A DNA stretch of 64,000 nucleotides, from positions 372,001 to 436,000 of the forward strand of contig MU058824.1 in NCBI GenBank assembly GCA_013265495.1, written 5' to 3'. Of the stretch, positions 27,233 to 38,276 are shown in pieces (the stretch's first letter is position 1; the number at the start of each line of letters is the position of its first letter). The notes beneath the pieces are model-generated. The model ran no database searches and was not told where the DNA came from. It saw nothing but the letters and a program-made list of their open reading frames with translations. This DNA comes from Vicugna vicugna. Taxonomy: Eukaryota. The position numbers and the translations under genes are program-made.

Positions 27233-27251
27233 ACTACATTTCCCTACGTGC
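27233..27251 (+). promoter_or_regulatory. Second ZNF143/THAP11-type motif (ACTACATTTCCCTACGTGC)
   Basis: ACTACAnnTCCC core on the plus strand. Confidence 0.7.
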
Positions 27252-27268
27252 TCAGAAGTGGGCAGGAC

Positions 27269-27277
27269 CCGGAAGTG
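27269..27277 (+). promoter_or_regulatory. ETS/GABPA site CCGGAAGTG
   Basis: Perfect GABPA consensus; further CCGGAAG at 27030-27036. Confidence 0.7.
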
Positions 27278-27477
27278 AGGGTGTGCGAGGCCTCTCTGGA
27301 AGTTGTCCCGGGTGTTCGCTGCTGGAGCTCCGGGTCGAGAGGACGAGGTGCAGCTGCCGGGAGAATCCTTCGCTGCCGCCGGCTCCCGGAGCCCAGCCCT
27401 TTCCTAACCCAACCCAACCCAACCCTGTCCAGTCCCAGCCACCAACGCCCGTCCCTGCCGCGGACCTCGGCGTTACC

Positions 27478-27534
27478 ATGAATCCTGCCGTCTTCCTATC
27501 CTTACCCGACCTCAGATGCTCCCTGCTGCTCCTG
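27478..27534 (+). CDS. ERP44: ER resident protein 44 coding exon 1 (signal peptide)
   Basis: ACCATG Kozak context; encodes MNPAVFLSLPDLRCSLLLL; donor CTG|gtgagt; 57 nt, phase 0. Confidence 0.97.
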
Positions 27535-30500
27535 GTGAGTGAGTAAAGGAATGACAGACCCTTCGACAGACGCACGGACGGCCTCCCGCTCTCGCCAAGA
27601 GGTTCACAGCTGCCCCTACCCCTGCTTTTTTATCTTTTCCTCTGGTGGCGAGGAGTGCACCCTCTCCCTCTGCCTTCATTCTTGGGATCAGTCTACCCGC
27701 TTTCCAGGCCCGGGGTTCCCGAGGCCTGAGAAACCACGGTCGGAGGTTGGGACCTGTAAACAGGAGAACTGACCCTGGGAGAAGGGTCTGTGGGAGGGTC
27801 ACGGCAGGGAGCGCCCCTTCCCCCGGAGTTCGGAGGTTGTTTTAGTGTAAAGGGCTCATGGGCCTGGTGGTAGCTTGACTGCAGAAGGACCGTCCATGGA
27901 CCTACTCTTTCCTCCCACCCCGTCCTTTGGGAAGAGTATGGGGCCGACAGGTGCTGGGGTCTTGTGTATCTCGCTCTAGAGCTCTGAAACGGTGCCCGGG
28001 TTGGCGGAGCCCTCTGTTGTGGCTTGATGCGATTGGTTGGGAACCCGGAACTGGAAAACTGGTTTGGTGTCCACTGGAGGAGTAAAGGTTTGGAGGGTGG
28101 AGGCTGTGATTACCAGAAAGCCTCAGCGCAGGGCCTCCCTTAAATCTTGTTATACCGCGCCCCGAACCCGAAATTTAAGCAGAATTGTTCTTAAGTGCTC
28201 TGGATTTGTGAACGACCAGGTCTTCTGCATACATAGGCACTTACTGCTTAACTTCCTCACCGGCTCAGCACCATCCCATCTTGTAAAGGAATCTTCCCCC
28301 AGTCCCTCTTCCTCCAAAGTACATCTTGAGTGTGCAGCCTAAGTAATCCAGACTGCAGGTCAAATTGACAAAAGTGAAGGACTGACTCAATATGGCAAAA
28401 TAATGTACCTTTAACTGAGCTGTTATAATACAGTATTTGAAAATACTTTCATTGTGGTAGATTTTTTTAAAAGCGAAGTTTAAGATGAACATTAAGTCAA
28501 AATTACTCTTTATAGTGTAAAAAACATAATTAAGTCACTCATAGGAAGTCATACAGCAGGTTACCAGCAGAACTGGGATTTGAAGCAGGTGTCTTGACTC
28601 ACAATGCTTATTCTACCGTATCACGTTAAATTTCTAATATTTGTGTTTGGAATAATTTCTCTCTTTTTCGCCCTCTTCCCTTTTCCCTTCTCTCTCCTCT
28701 CTTTTCTTTGTGATTTTCAAGTTGTATGCAAAAGCCAGACCCCGTACTTGGGCCTTTTCAGAGGAAAATACTATAAAAAACTAAACGGGATATTGAAGTA
28801 CTTTAGAGAACTAAAAGTTGTATATAAATGTGGTAATGTTAAATGATAAAGTGCCTTGCTGTCACTTCTTATAAGTCTACAGTAATTAGTGACCTCTCTG
28901 TAGAGGAAAATATTCTGTATAGAGCTGTTTCTTGGTGACTGCATTGTATGCTGTAGGTTTCTTCCTTTTAGAAGGCCTGGAATAATACTTATTTGTTATT
29001 AAAGACCACACTCTCTTTAAGGGTAATGCATACTAATCTTTCCTTTATCCATAAAATGGCCAGAATTATGAGTTGTCTGCTAGAAATTACTTTTAGGTTG
29101 TAAAAAGTACAAAGGGCAAAAATCTTAAAGAGACTGGAAAAGAAAAGTTGAAATACTGAATAAGAAAACTATATCAGATTCATTGGTTGTAAATTTAAAT
29201 TAAACTTACTTAAAATAAGAACTAAGCTTAAGAAGGAGAAAGAATTTATTTTGAAATAACTCATGCTTTTTATAGAAAACCTACAAATCCTGTTAAACAT
29301 AAAAAAGAATCTTTTCCCTAATAATTCTAAAATCTAGTTAACATTTTGTGTATTTATCTTTCTAAGTAAATGCAGAGGAGTAGAAGACATTTTAGACTGT
29401 AAGGTTAGTAGACTGGAAAACAAAGACCAAGAAAAAGTTTAGTAAACCAGAGTTACAAGTTCAGCTAGATTCAGTTTGAACACAGTATTTACCAAAGTAG
29501 TTTTAATAATCATATAATAGTTAGCGAATATTTATAGAACATCTGTCTGATCACAATTTGAACTGGTAATTCTATTCTGGTGATGGAACTTGCTTACTCA
29601 GGATCCTACCTGTCTAAAAAATGTATGCTTTATTGTCCCCAACGTACTTTCTTCCTCCTGCCTCCAACTTCCCCTCTCAGACTTCACATTTACTCCTTCC
29701 CACGTAAAGCCATTGAATGTCCAAGTTCCCACCTAGCTGAGATAATTTTTTTTCTTAAATGGCCTGCTCTAAAAAGCCATATATTCTCTTACCACAATTT
29801 ATTCTGGGAAACTATACCTGTGCCCTAAAGAACTAGATCTGTTAAGACTTAGTGGTGTTCAAAGATAGCTGAAACATAAAACCCTAAATTTCTGCAGGCA
29901 GGTAGTTTTTTTTCTCCTGATCTCAAAAGCATTTGGGGACATATTCTACGCTTAGAAAGCCTTTCTGGGATGGGTAGCTAAACATAAAAGCTCAATGTGA
30001 CAACTTTTTTCTCCTGAGCTTTTATGTGTAGATATATATAAAGTCAAGGCCTTAGAGAATGAATTATTTCAGACTTGCTTTATTAAACACTGCCACTGCC
30101 TTTAAATATTTTTAAACTCCACTGAATTTGCAACATGTCTTGAATGAAGTGAGGTTGTAGTATTGATACACTGATTTTGGTTAAGTCAGAAGAGAAATTT
30201 GAGTCACCTGGCAAATGCAAAGAGGCCACAATCCTTCTGATACCTTTTCGATACCTCACTATATATATTGTTTCTGTTATGGTTTGAGTGGATCCATTAG
30301 ATATGCATGTGATTACAACTTTAGTTTTTGAACTTTATAATCTCTGCCGTTTATCTGTTCTTCATATTTTGTGGATGATTTGAATGCTGGACAGCAGCGT
30401 TTCTTTGCTAACACCCCATCTATATAATATTGGGATTGGGAAATTGCTTCCCAGTTGTGTGTGCTTTTAAGGAGAGCTGCCTGAATCAGAAAAAAGCATC

Positions 30501-31379
30501 TGACCAAATGTATCTTGGCACTATCTTTTCATTTTGCTCTGTGACGATCATTACTTGGCAGTTTACAGGATAAGTTAAGGAAATATTTTATTTATCACTC
30601 TAACCAAAGAATCAGTTACTTATTAATTTGCCCTTTTCTGCTTATCTTTCTGAGGTGGATTTATTCAGGCAGGATTAACAGTGATCATTTTCCCCTTCAA
30701 TTAGTTACTTCTTAGCAGTTGTTCTTCCTGTATTGGTTGTGTACAACAGTTTTGAAAAGGTGAGATAAGAGAAGTAAGACTAAATTGGAGTGAGGTTGTT
30801 TGATATACCCTAAGTAACCTCTTACATGGACAAGAAATTTGTAACACTCCACTCCAGTTGCTTTATTAAAGACACTTTCTTCTTAATCCCTTGATGGTTA
30901 TGTTTATAGATAGTAAGTTGTTAGTAGCCCAAATTGCCTTGTGCCTGGACTTTAAGGTTTTTGCCATTATTACTCCTGGTTTGTTCAAAATGTATAAGAA
31001 GCCAAGAAAAGTTCGCTTAGGTTAGGAAACTAAGTCAACTAGAGAGTTAAGTAATCATTTAATTAAACTCTTTATAAATTTCTTAAAAATAAGTACAGTA
31101 GAATTCAGAGATGTCAATTTTAGCCGGTAGGGCCGATAATAAATACTGATTCCTGTCTTCAAGAAGAGTACTTTTTGGAGACATGTAGTTCCATTCGTGA
31201 TTCAGTGAATTATTTATTTTACTGACATGACTTGCCAGGTCAGTGGTTTACAAAACATGGTTGTTCATTAGAATCTCTTGGAGCAGTTTTAATACAATGT
31301 TATCTAGGCCCTATACAGGCTAGTTATATCTATGGGACCTGAACACTGGCTTTTTTTTTTTTAATTCCCAGTTGATTTA

Positions 31380-33350
31380 TTTTTTTCTCTAGTATGTCTC
31401 TCTTAAAGATAATTAAACAACAAAACAAACCCCAGAATACCATTATCACATCTAGAAAAGTTAACAGAAATGCCTTTATGTCATCAAATACCTAGTCAAT
31501 GTTCAGATTTTCCTGACTGTTTCAAAGAATTTTTTTTTAATCAATTGAATGTTCACAGCAGGAGCCATATAGAATCCATACATTTTAATTGGCTTATATG
31601 TTTTTTTTTATAAAACTTTATAAATCTGTAGATTCTCTTTCTATCTCATTTTTTTCCCCTTGGTAATTTATTATTAAGGAAACTAGATCCTCTGTCCTAC
31701 AGAGTTTCACACTTTCTGGATATTACTAATTATATCTTCGTGGTGTAGTTTTATGTTTCTCTGTTCCTTTTATTCACTATAAATGTATAATTAAATTTAT
31801 ATGGTCTTAACCACCAACTCAATATATAGTTAGGTTAATTTGTTTCATTTAGCTTTCAACTTTTAGTTAAAAAATTATCTTTTAATATATAATTATGTAA
31901 ATTTTACTGCTCCCAGTGCCAAATCTATAAAACAAACTAATGTTTACATAAGGCTAACTTGTATCCCTGTCTCTTCTACTCTTTCTTCCTCTTCTATAAA
32001 AAAACTTTTAAAAATTTTTTCAATTTTTAATTCTTCCTTTTAAAAAGAAAATATAAGCAATCTACTTGTATTTACATATGTGTATATTTGTTTCTCCCTC
32101 CCCTTTGATAAGCTCTAGAATACTATTCATACTTTTCTCAGCCTACCCCTCTCTCCTTTTAAACTCTAAAGTGTATCCTAGAGATCAGGATAGAAATATT
32201 CCTTGTTTCTTTTAAACAGCTTATTGCTCCTCTGTGTGGAAGTGCCAGTCTACTATTGTTTCCATTCTTTTGCTGTAACAAATACATACGTACAAGTTAA
32301 TCTTTGCAGAACTATTTTTGCTACTGTATCTTTGAGGTAGATTCCTATTGAAGCTGTTAAGAAAATGATAAATGTATTTGTAACTTTGTAGATGTCCCTA
32401 GATAGTAGAAATTCCTCTCTGCTGGAGTTTTGCCATTTTGAATTCTCACCAACAATATAAGAGACTTCTTCCCATACTTGCTAACAAGGTTGATGTTAAA
32501 TGATTGCATGTTTGTCAATGTGATAAGTGAGAAAAGGTATCTCAGTGCATTTTAATTTGATTCTCTTTTAATATGAGTATGATTGAACTTTTTAATGTAA
32601 ATAGGCCGTTTGAGTTCTTTTACAGGGAGTTCTTAATCCTTTATCTCCTTAGTGGATTTTGTGATGCAGCCAGATTAAGAGGCACTGGAATATACTACCC
32701 TATCTGAATTCAGTAATATTTCTGATGGGTTAAAACTTGTAAAAGCCTTGGAAAAGATGCGTAATTCTCACAGTTACTGAAAACCTTTTCCATACTGTAG
32801 ACCATGACTTTTAATAGCTTTATAGTAGTTCAACTTTTAGATGCACTATAGTTTGCTTCATTGTTTGTTAAAACATTTAGGTTACTGGTTATTTCCAGTT
32901 TTTCACAATTATGAAAAAAGTACAAGAGTACGCACACAATGATGTTCACTGCACATCTCCAAATGTGTCCTCATTACTTTTCTAGAATTATATTTCTTGG
33001 ATCCTACAGTATGTCTGTTATTTAGAATTTCTGATTCATAGTACAAATATGCCCTACTGAAAAGCTGTACCAATGTTTATTTCTCCCAACAGTGTATGAA
33101 TATGCCCACTTCCTCACACTGTAGGTACAGTGGGTGTTTTTGTAGTCTGTGCCAGTTTAGTAGAAACCAAAAATAATATCTGATTTAAAATTACATTTCT
33201 TTGATTATAACCAAAATTGAACTTTTTTTCATATTTAATGACCATTTATATTCCTATGTATGTATATGTATGTGTTCATGTTATTTTCCCCCTTTTCAAA
33301 AATTGTTTACTGTTACTTCTTCTAGTAATTCAGGATAAATGTACTCACAA
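31380..33350 (-). mobile_element. Degraded old L1M fragments
   Basis: Antisense L1MC/L1ME-type 3' region text (ccattatcacatct..., gctgtaccaat..., catttctttgattat). Confidence 0.6.
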
Positions 33351-35179
33351 GATGCAGTTGAAAACAGTGGAAAGTGTTATTCCTTTGTCTGTTAATTTAG
33401 TGTCCATTTAAGAGGTAGCATAGTGCAGAGAATTTTGGACTACATGTCAGGGCATCAGTGTACAAGTTCCACCCCTTCCATATTCTTAACACCATAATCG
33501 CCTAACTAAATGTTTCAGTCTGTAAGGTAAGCACAGTCACTTCTATGATTCAGTGATTTTTGTGTGTAGTCTGTCTTATTTTTAAAAAAGGATATTCCTC
33601 TAACTCCCCTAATTAGTAGATTTATTATTTGATTGGGTATTTCCTCAAAAAATCTGCTAGCTTTGCAGGTCTGTGCCCCCTTGCCCTTTTATCCCATGTC
33701 AGGAATAGCATGCTTTGGTTATAGCTTTTCTGGTACTGATTATTGTTGCACTGTGTTTCATTTAACCGACTAAATGAATAAAGTTTGACTTTTCACAGCA
33801 TTTAGTGCTCTTTAGCCTACCTTTGATTTCATAGAGAAGAACTACCTATGGCCCAGGCTGAAGGAACTTTATTTTTTTGGTGTTATTCTTTCCTTTTCTG
33901 CTGTCACTTTGGATGTCTGTGGGCCATCTGCTATGGAAGAGCGAAAGATAATTGCGATTCATACCATGCTTCCAAGGAATTTATAATTCAGTAGGGGGTA
34001 GAATTTGTATATATAAATAATTAGAATTCCAAATTGAAAGTGTTAGGTGCTCTTAAGGTATTTGTAGAAGTGGGTTCTAGATCCTGCCATTCAGAGATGT
34101 GGTGGTGACCCCTGGCTTCTCACCCTAGGCCTACTCATTCAGAATCTGCACTTCAACAATGTACCTAGCTGATTGATATATGGCCATTAAAGTATGAGAA
34201 GTACAGCTGTAGATAATTTGAAAGAAACAAATTGCTTCTTACTGGGAGATTCAGAGAAGTCTTGAAGGAAGATGAGAGTCGAGCCTTGAAAGGTTAAATT
34301 GATGGGTTAATTTTCAGTCTTGAGTGGAATAAATAAGAACAGTTATACCTTTCAATAACTTAATAAAACTTTAGCATGAATTGGACACCTGGTTTTTTTT
34401 TTCTTTCTTTCTTTCTTTCTTTAAAAAAAGAAGTCTTGCTGTCTGGCTTGCTGATACGGCCAGATGTCAGAATTGGCCCTAAAGAAGCTGGCAAACCCTT
34501 TGGCCAGTTTCCATTAGAACAGCTCATTATTATCTTAGCCAAAATAAAAATCATGGTCTTTAGTGGATTCTTACCAACATTCCGATTACTCCATTTTAGA
34601 GGAGGGGGGGGAAATGCCACTTTGGAGAAGTTTCTTGTGTAATGCCATGGATCTCAGGTCTTGGTTCTGTCCTTGTAAAGACTGAAATCAAATTCTGTTT
34701 TGATTCCCCTGGTGGTATTATGATCCAGGTCTCTATGATTCCTCCAGCCCTGTGCCTTTTCTCATTATGTAGAACCTAGAGCATTGTATTTTAATGTGTC
34801 TGGTTTTCAGTCACTTGATCTTGGAGACACAAATGTTACTAATAGAATAGAGAAAAGCAGTGAAAAAGAAGGAAGAAATCATTTCAGAAAAAACATTCTA
34901 GTATTGGAGCTTAAGAAAACTGTTGGGTGAATAGTAGAGTGGCAGTACTTTTTCCATTTCTTCCTTAAGATTACTCATAACTGGATTTAAGAGATTTTAG
35001 AAAAAGTTTTTTAGGAATCAGAAGAATTTTTGACCCTGGAAAAAGGAGTTGAAACCCTTTTTATTTCTATAGGACTCTACCATTAGTGTTTTACTAAGTT
35101 CAGTAGGTGGGATGTAAGAACCATGAGTGGATCACATGCAGTTATAATGACTGAAGTTACAATTATCTAGAGTTGTTCT

Positions 35180-35355
35180 CTAAATTTAAACTCGTTAAAA
35201 TGGAATAAAATATAAAATTCCATTCCTCAGTCACAGTAGCCACATTTCAAGGGGACAATAGTCACATGTGACTAGTGGCTACGGTATTGAACAAAGCAGA
35301 TGATGGAACATTTCTGTTGTTACAGAAAGTGTCGTTGGATAGTGCTGACCTAGAG
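35180..35355. mobile_element. MER3-like hAT-Charlie DNA transposon remnant
   Basis: 'cctcagtcacagtagccacatttcaag...atagtcacatgtgactagtggctacggtattg' resembles MER3/MER33. Confidence 0.75.
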
Positions 35356-35802
35356 CTTCGCTCTTGCTGTCTCAGAAACCAAGACAAAGGTGAGGTAAAG
35401 ACTGAGGAAAATTCCTCAAATAGTGTTTCAAAGCTTGTGAGGAACATATGTCTTGCCTGTCCAAGGAATAGCAATAGCCTAGGAAAAACGTCAGTAATCT
35501 TATCAGTGAGCACAGATTTGGCTTTTGGTTGCCTGATGGCAGATAGGGAGGCATCAGAGAATACTGGTTAAAACTCAAAAGTAAGTTTGAGTGTTAGTGT
35601 TGATTCTTCTGCTTACTTACACAGTCATTAGGGCAAATGATTTTCATTTTTGAGGCCTTAGTTTTTCAACTGAAAATTAAATAGGATTGCAGAAACTGCT
35701 TTGGAGTGTCTAATGGACATTCTAGTGCAACATGACTGACTTTGGGATTTGAGAGCCTACAGTTTGTCTCTGTGATAATATCCCTTTTGAGGCCTTCATC
35801 TT

Positions 35803-38276
35803 ATTTTTTTTTCTTTAACACCTTTATTGTGGTATGATTACTATACAGTAAACTACACATATTTCAGCTGCACAATTTGATGAATTCAAATACATGTATA
35901 CACCGATGAAACCACCACCACAATCAAGATAGCTAGCATTTCCATCACTCCCCAGGAGGTGCAAACTTTGAATTCCCAATTATCCCTTCCCACCCCCTTT
36001 ATCTCCTGGTAACCATAAGTTTGTTCTTTATGTCTGTGAGTCTGTTTCTGTTTTGTAGATAAGTTCATTTGTGTCCTTTTTTAAGATTCTACATATAAGT
36101 GGTATCATATGGTATTTTTCCTTCTCTTTCTGACTTACTTCACTTAGAATGATGATCTCCAGGTCCATCCATGTTGATGCAAATGGCATTATTTCATTTT
36201 TTAATGACTGAGTAATATTTCATTTATATGTATACCACATCTTCTTGATCCAGTCATCTGTTGATGGACATGTAGGTTGTTTCCATGTCTTGGCTATAGT
36301 AAACAGTGCTACTGTGAACATTGAAAGTGCATGTGCCTTTTCGAATTATTTTTTTCCTCCAGATATGTGCCCAGGTGTGGGATTGCTAAATCATATGGAA
36401 AGTCTATTTCTAGTGTTTTGAGGAATCTCCATACTGTCCTCCATAGTGGCTGCACCAGTTTACATTCCCACCAACAGAGTAGAAAGGTTCCTTTTTCTCC
36501 ACACCCTCTCCAGCATTTATCGTTTGTGGACTTTTTTTTATTTTTTAGATTCCACACATAAGTGATCTCATATGGTATTTTTCTTTCTCTTTCTGGCTTA
36601 CTTCACTTAGAATGACATTCTCCAGGAGCATCCACGTTGTTGCAAATGGCGTTGTGTTGTCATTTTTATGGTATTGCATTGTATAAATATACCACATCTT
36701 CTTTATCCAGTCATCTGTTGATGGACATTTAGGCTGTTTCCATGTCTTGGCTATTGTTTGTGAACTTTTTGATGATGGCCATTCTGACTGGTGTGAGGTG
36801 ATATCTCATTGTAGTTTTGATTTACATTTCTCTAACAATCTCATTGTAGATTTACATTTCTCTAACAATTAGTAATATTGAGCATCTTTTCATGTGCTTG
36901 TTGGCCATCTGGATGTCTTCTTTGGAGAGATACCTATTTAGGTCTTCTGCCCATTTTTTGATTGGGTTGCTTATTTTTTTTGGTATTAAGCTGTATGAAC
37001 TGTTTGTTTATTTTGGAAATTTGGAATACTGTTTGTATTATTTGGGAAGTACCCAGTCAAATTATAAATCTCCCTTTTGGTTGCATCATTTGCAAGTATT
37101 TTCTCCTGTTCTGTAGGTTGTCTTTTAGTTTTGTTGATGGTAACTCAGGTGTGCAAAAGGTTTAAGTTTAATTAGATCCCATTTGTTTATTTTTGCTTTT
37201 ATTTCCTGTACTCTAGGACCTGGTTCGAAAAAAATATTGCTGTGATTTATGTCAAAGACTACTCTGCCTGTGTTTTCCTCTAGGAGTTTTATAGTATCTG
37301 GTCTTACATTTAGTTCTTTAATGAACTTTGAGTTTATTTTTGCATATGGTGTTAGAGAATGTTCTAATTTCAGTCTTTCACAGGTAGCTTTCTTGTTTTC
37401 CCAACACCACTTGTTGAAGATACTGTCTTTTCTCTATTACATATTCTTGTCTCCTTTGTCATAGATTAATTGCCCGTAAGTGTGTGGGTTTACTTCTGGA
37501 CTTCCTATCCTGTTCCATTGATCTGTTTCTGTGCCAGTACCATACTATTTTGATTGCTGTAACTTTATAGTATTGTCTGAAGTTAGGGAGCATGATTCCT
37601 CCAGCTCTGTTCTCCTTTTTCAGGACTGTTTTGGCTATTTGAGGTCTTTTGTGTTTCCCTACAAAATTTTAACATTTTTTTGTTCCAGCTCTATGAAAAA
37701 TGTCATTGGTAATTTGATAGAGATTGCATTCAATCTCTTTATTGCCTTGGTTAGTATGGCCATTTTAACAATATTGATTCTTCCAATCCAAGAACAGGGT
37801 ATGTCTTTCCATCTGTTTATGTTGTCTTCAATTTCTTTCATCAGTGTCTTACAGTTTTTGGAGTACAGGTCCTTTGCCTCCTTGGGTAGGTTTATTCCTA
37901 GGTATTTTATTCTTTTTGGTGTGATGGTAGATGGGATTGTGTACTTAATTTCCTTTTCTGCTATTTCATTGTTAGTGTAGAGAAACGCAACTGATTTCTT
38001 CTGTATATTAATTTTGTATCCTGCAAATTTACTGTATTCATGGATGAGCTCTAATAGTTTTCTGGTCACTTTAGGATTGTCCATGTATAGTATCATGTCA
38101 TCTGTGAACAGTGACAGTTTTACTTTTTTTCTGATTTGGATTCCCTTTATTTTTTTCTCTGATTGCTATGGCTAGGAATTCCAAAACTGTGCTGAATAAA
38201 AGTGGGCATCCTTGTCTTGTTCCTGATCTTAGAGGAAATGCTTTCAGCTTTTCATCATTAAGTATGATGTTAGCTG
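35803..38276 (-). mobile_element. 5'-truncated L1 (ORF2 RT/C-terminal part + partial 3'UTR) with chimeric 3' end and nested L1 fragment
   Basis: ORF 37659-38096 (MILYMDNPK...KYLGINL...[17 protein letters not shown]) is L1 ORF2p RT region. TSD-like TGAG(G/C)CCTTCAT(C/T)TT at 35788-35802 and 38277-38291. Confidence 0.9.

Larger units (their letters stand above)
26790..28170. promoter_or_regulatory. CpG island / bidirectional promoter of INVS and ERP44
   Basis: Abrupt GC- and CpG-rich segment in an otherwise AT-rich, CpG-depleted window. It spans both first exons and lacks an obvious TATA box. Confidence 0.92.

Noticed and set aside
26789..27845. Several overlapping Pro/Gly/Arg-rich ORFs
   Set aside because: Expected from stop-codon scarcity in a CpG island; only 27478-27534 matches a known protein.
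37531..38096. Longest ORFs (149 aa +, 145 aa -) as novel genes
   Set aside because: The minus ORF is a broken L1 ORF2p RT fragment and the plus ORF is its antisense shadow.
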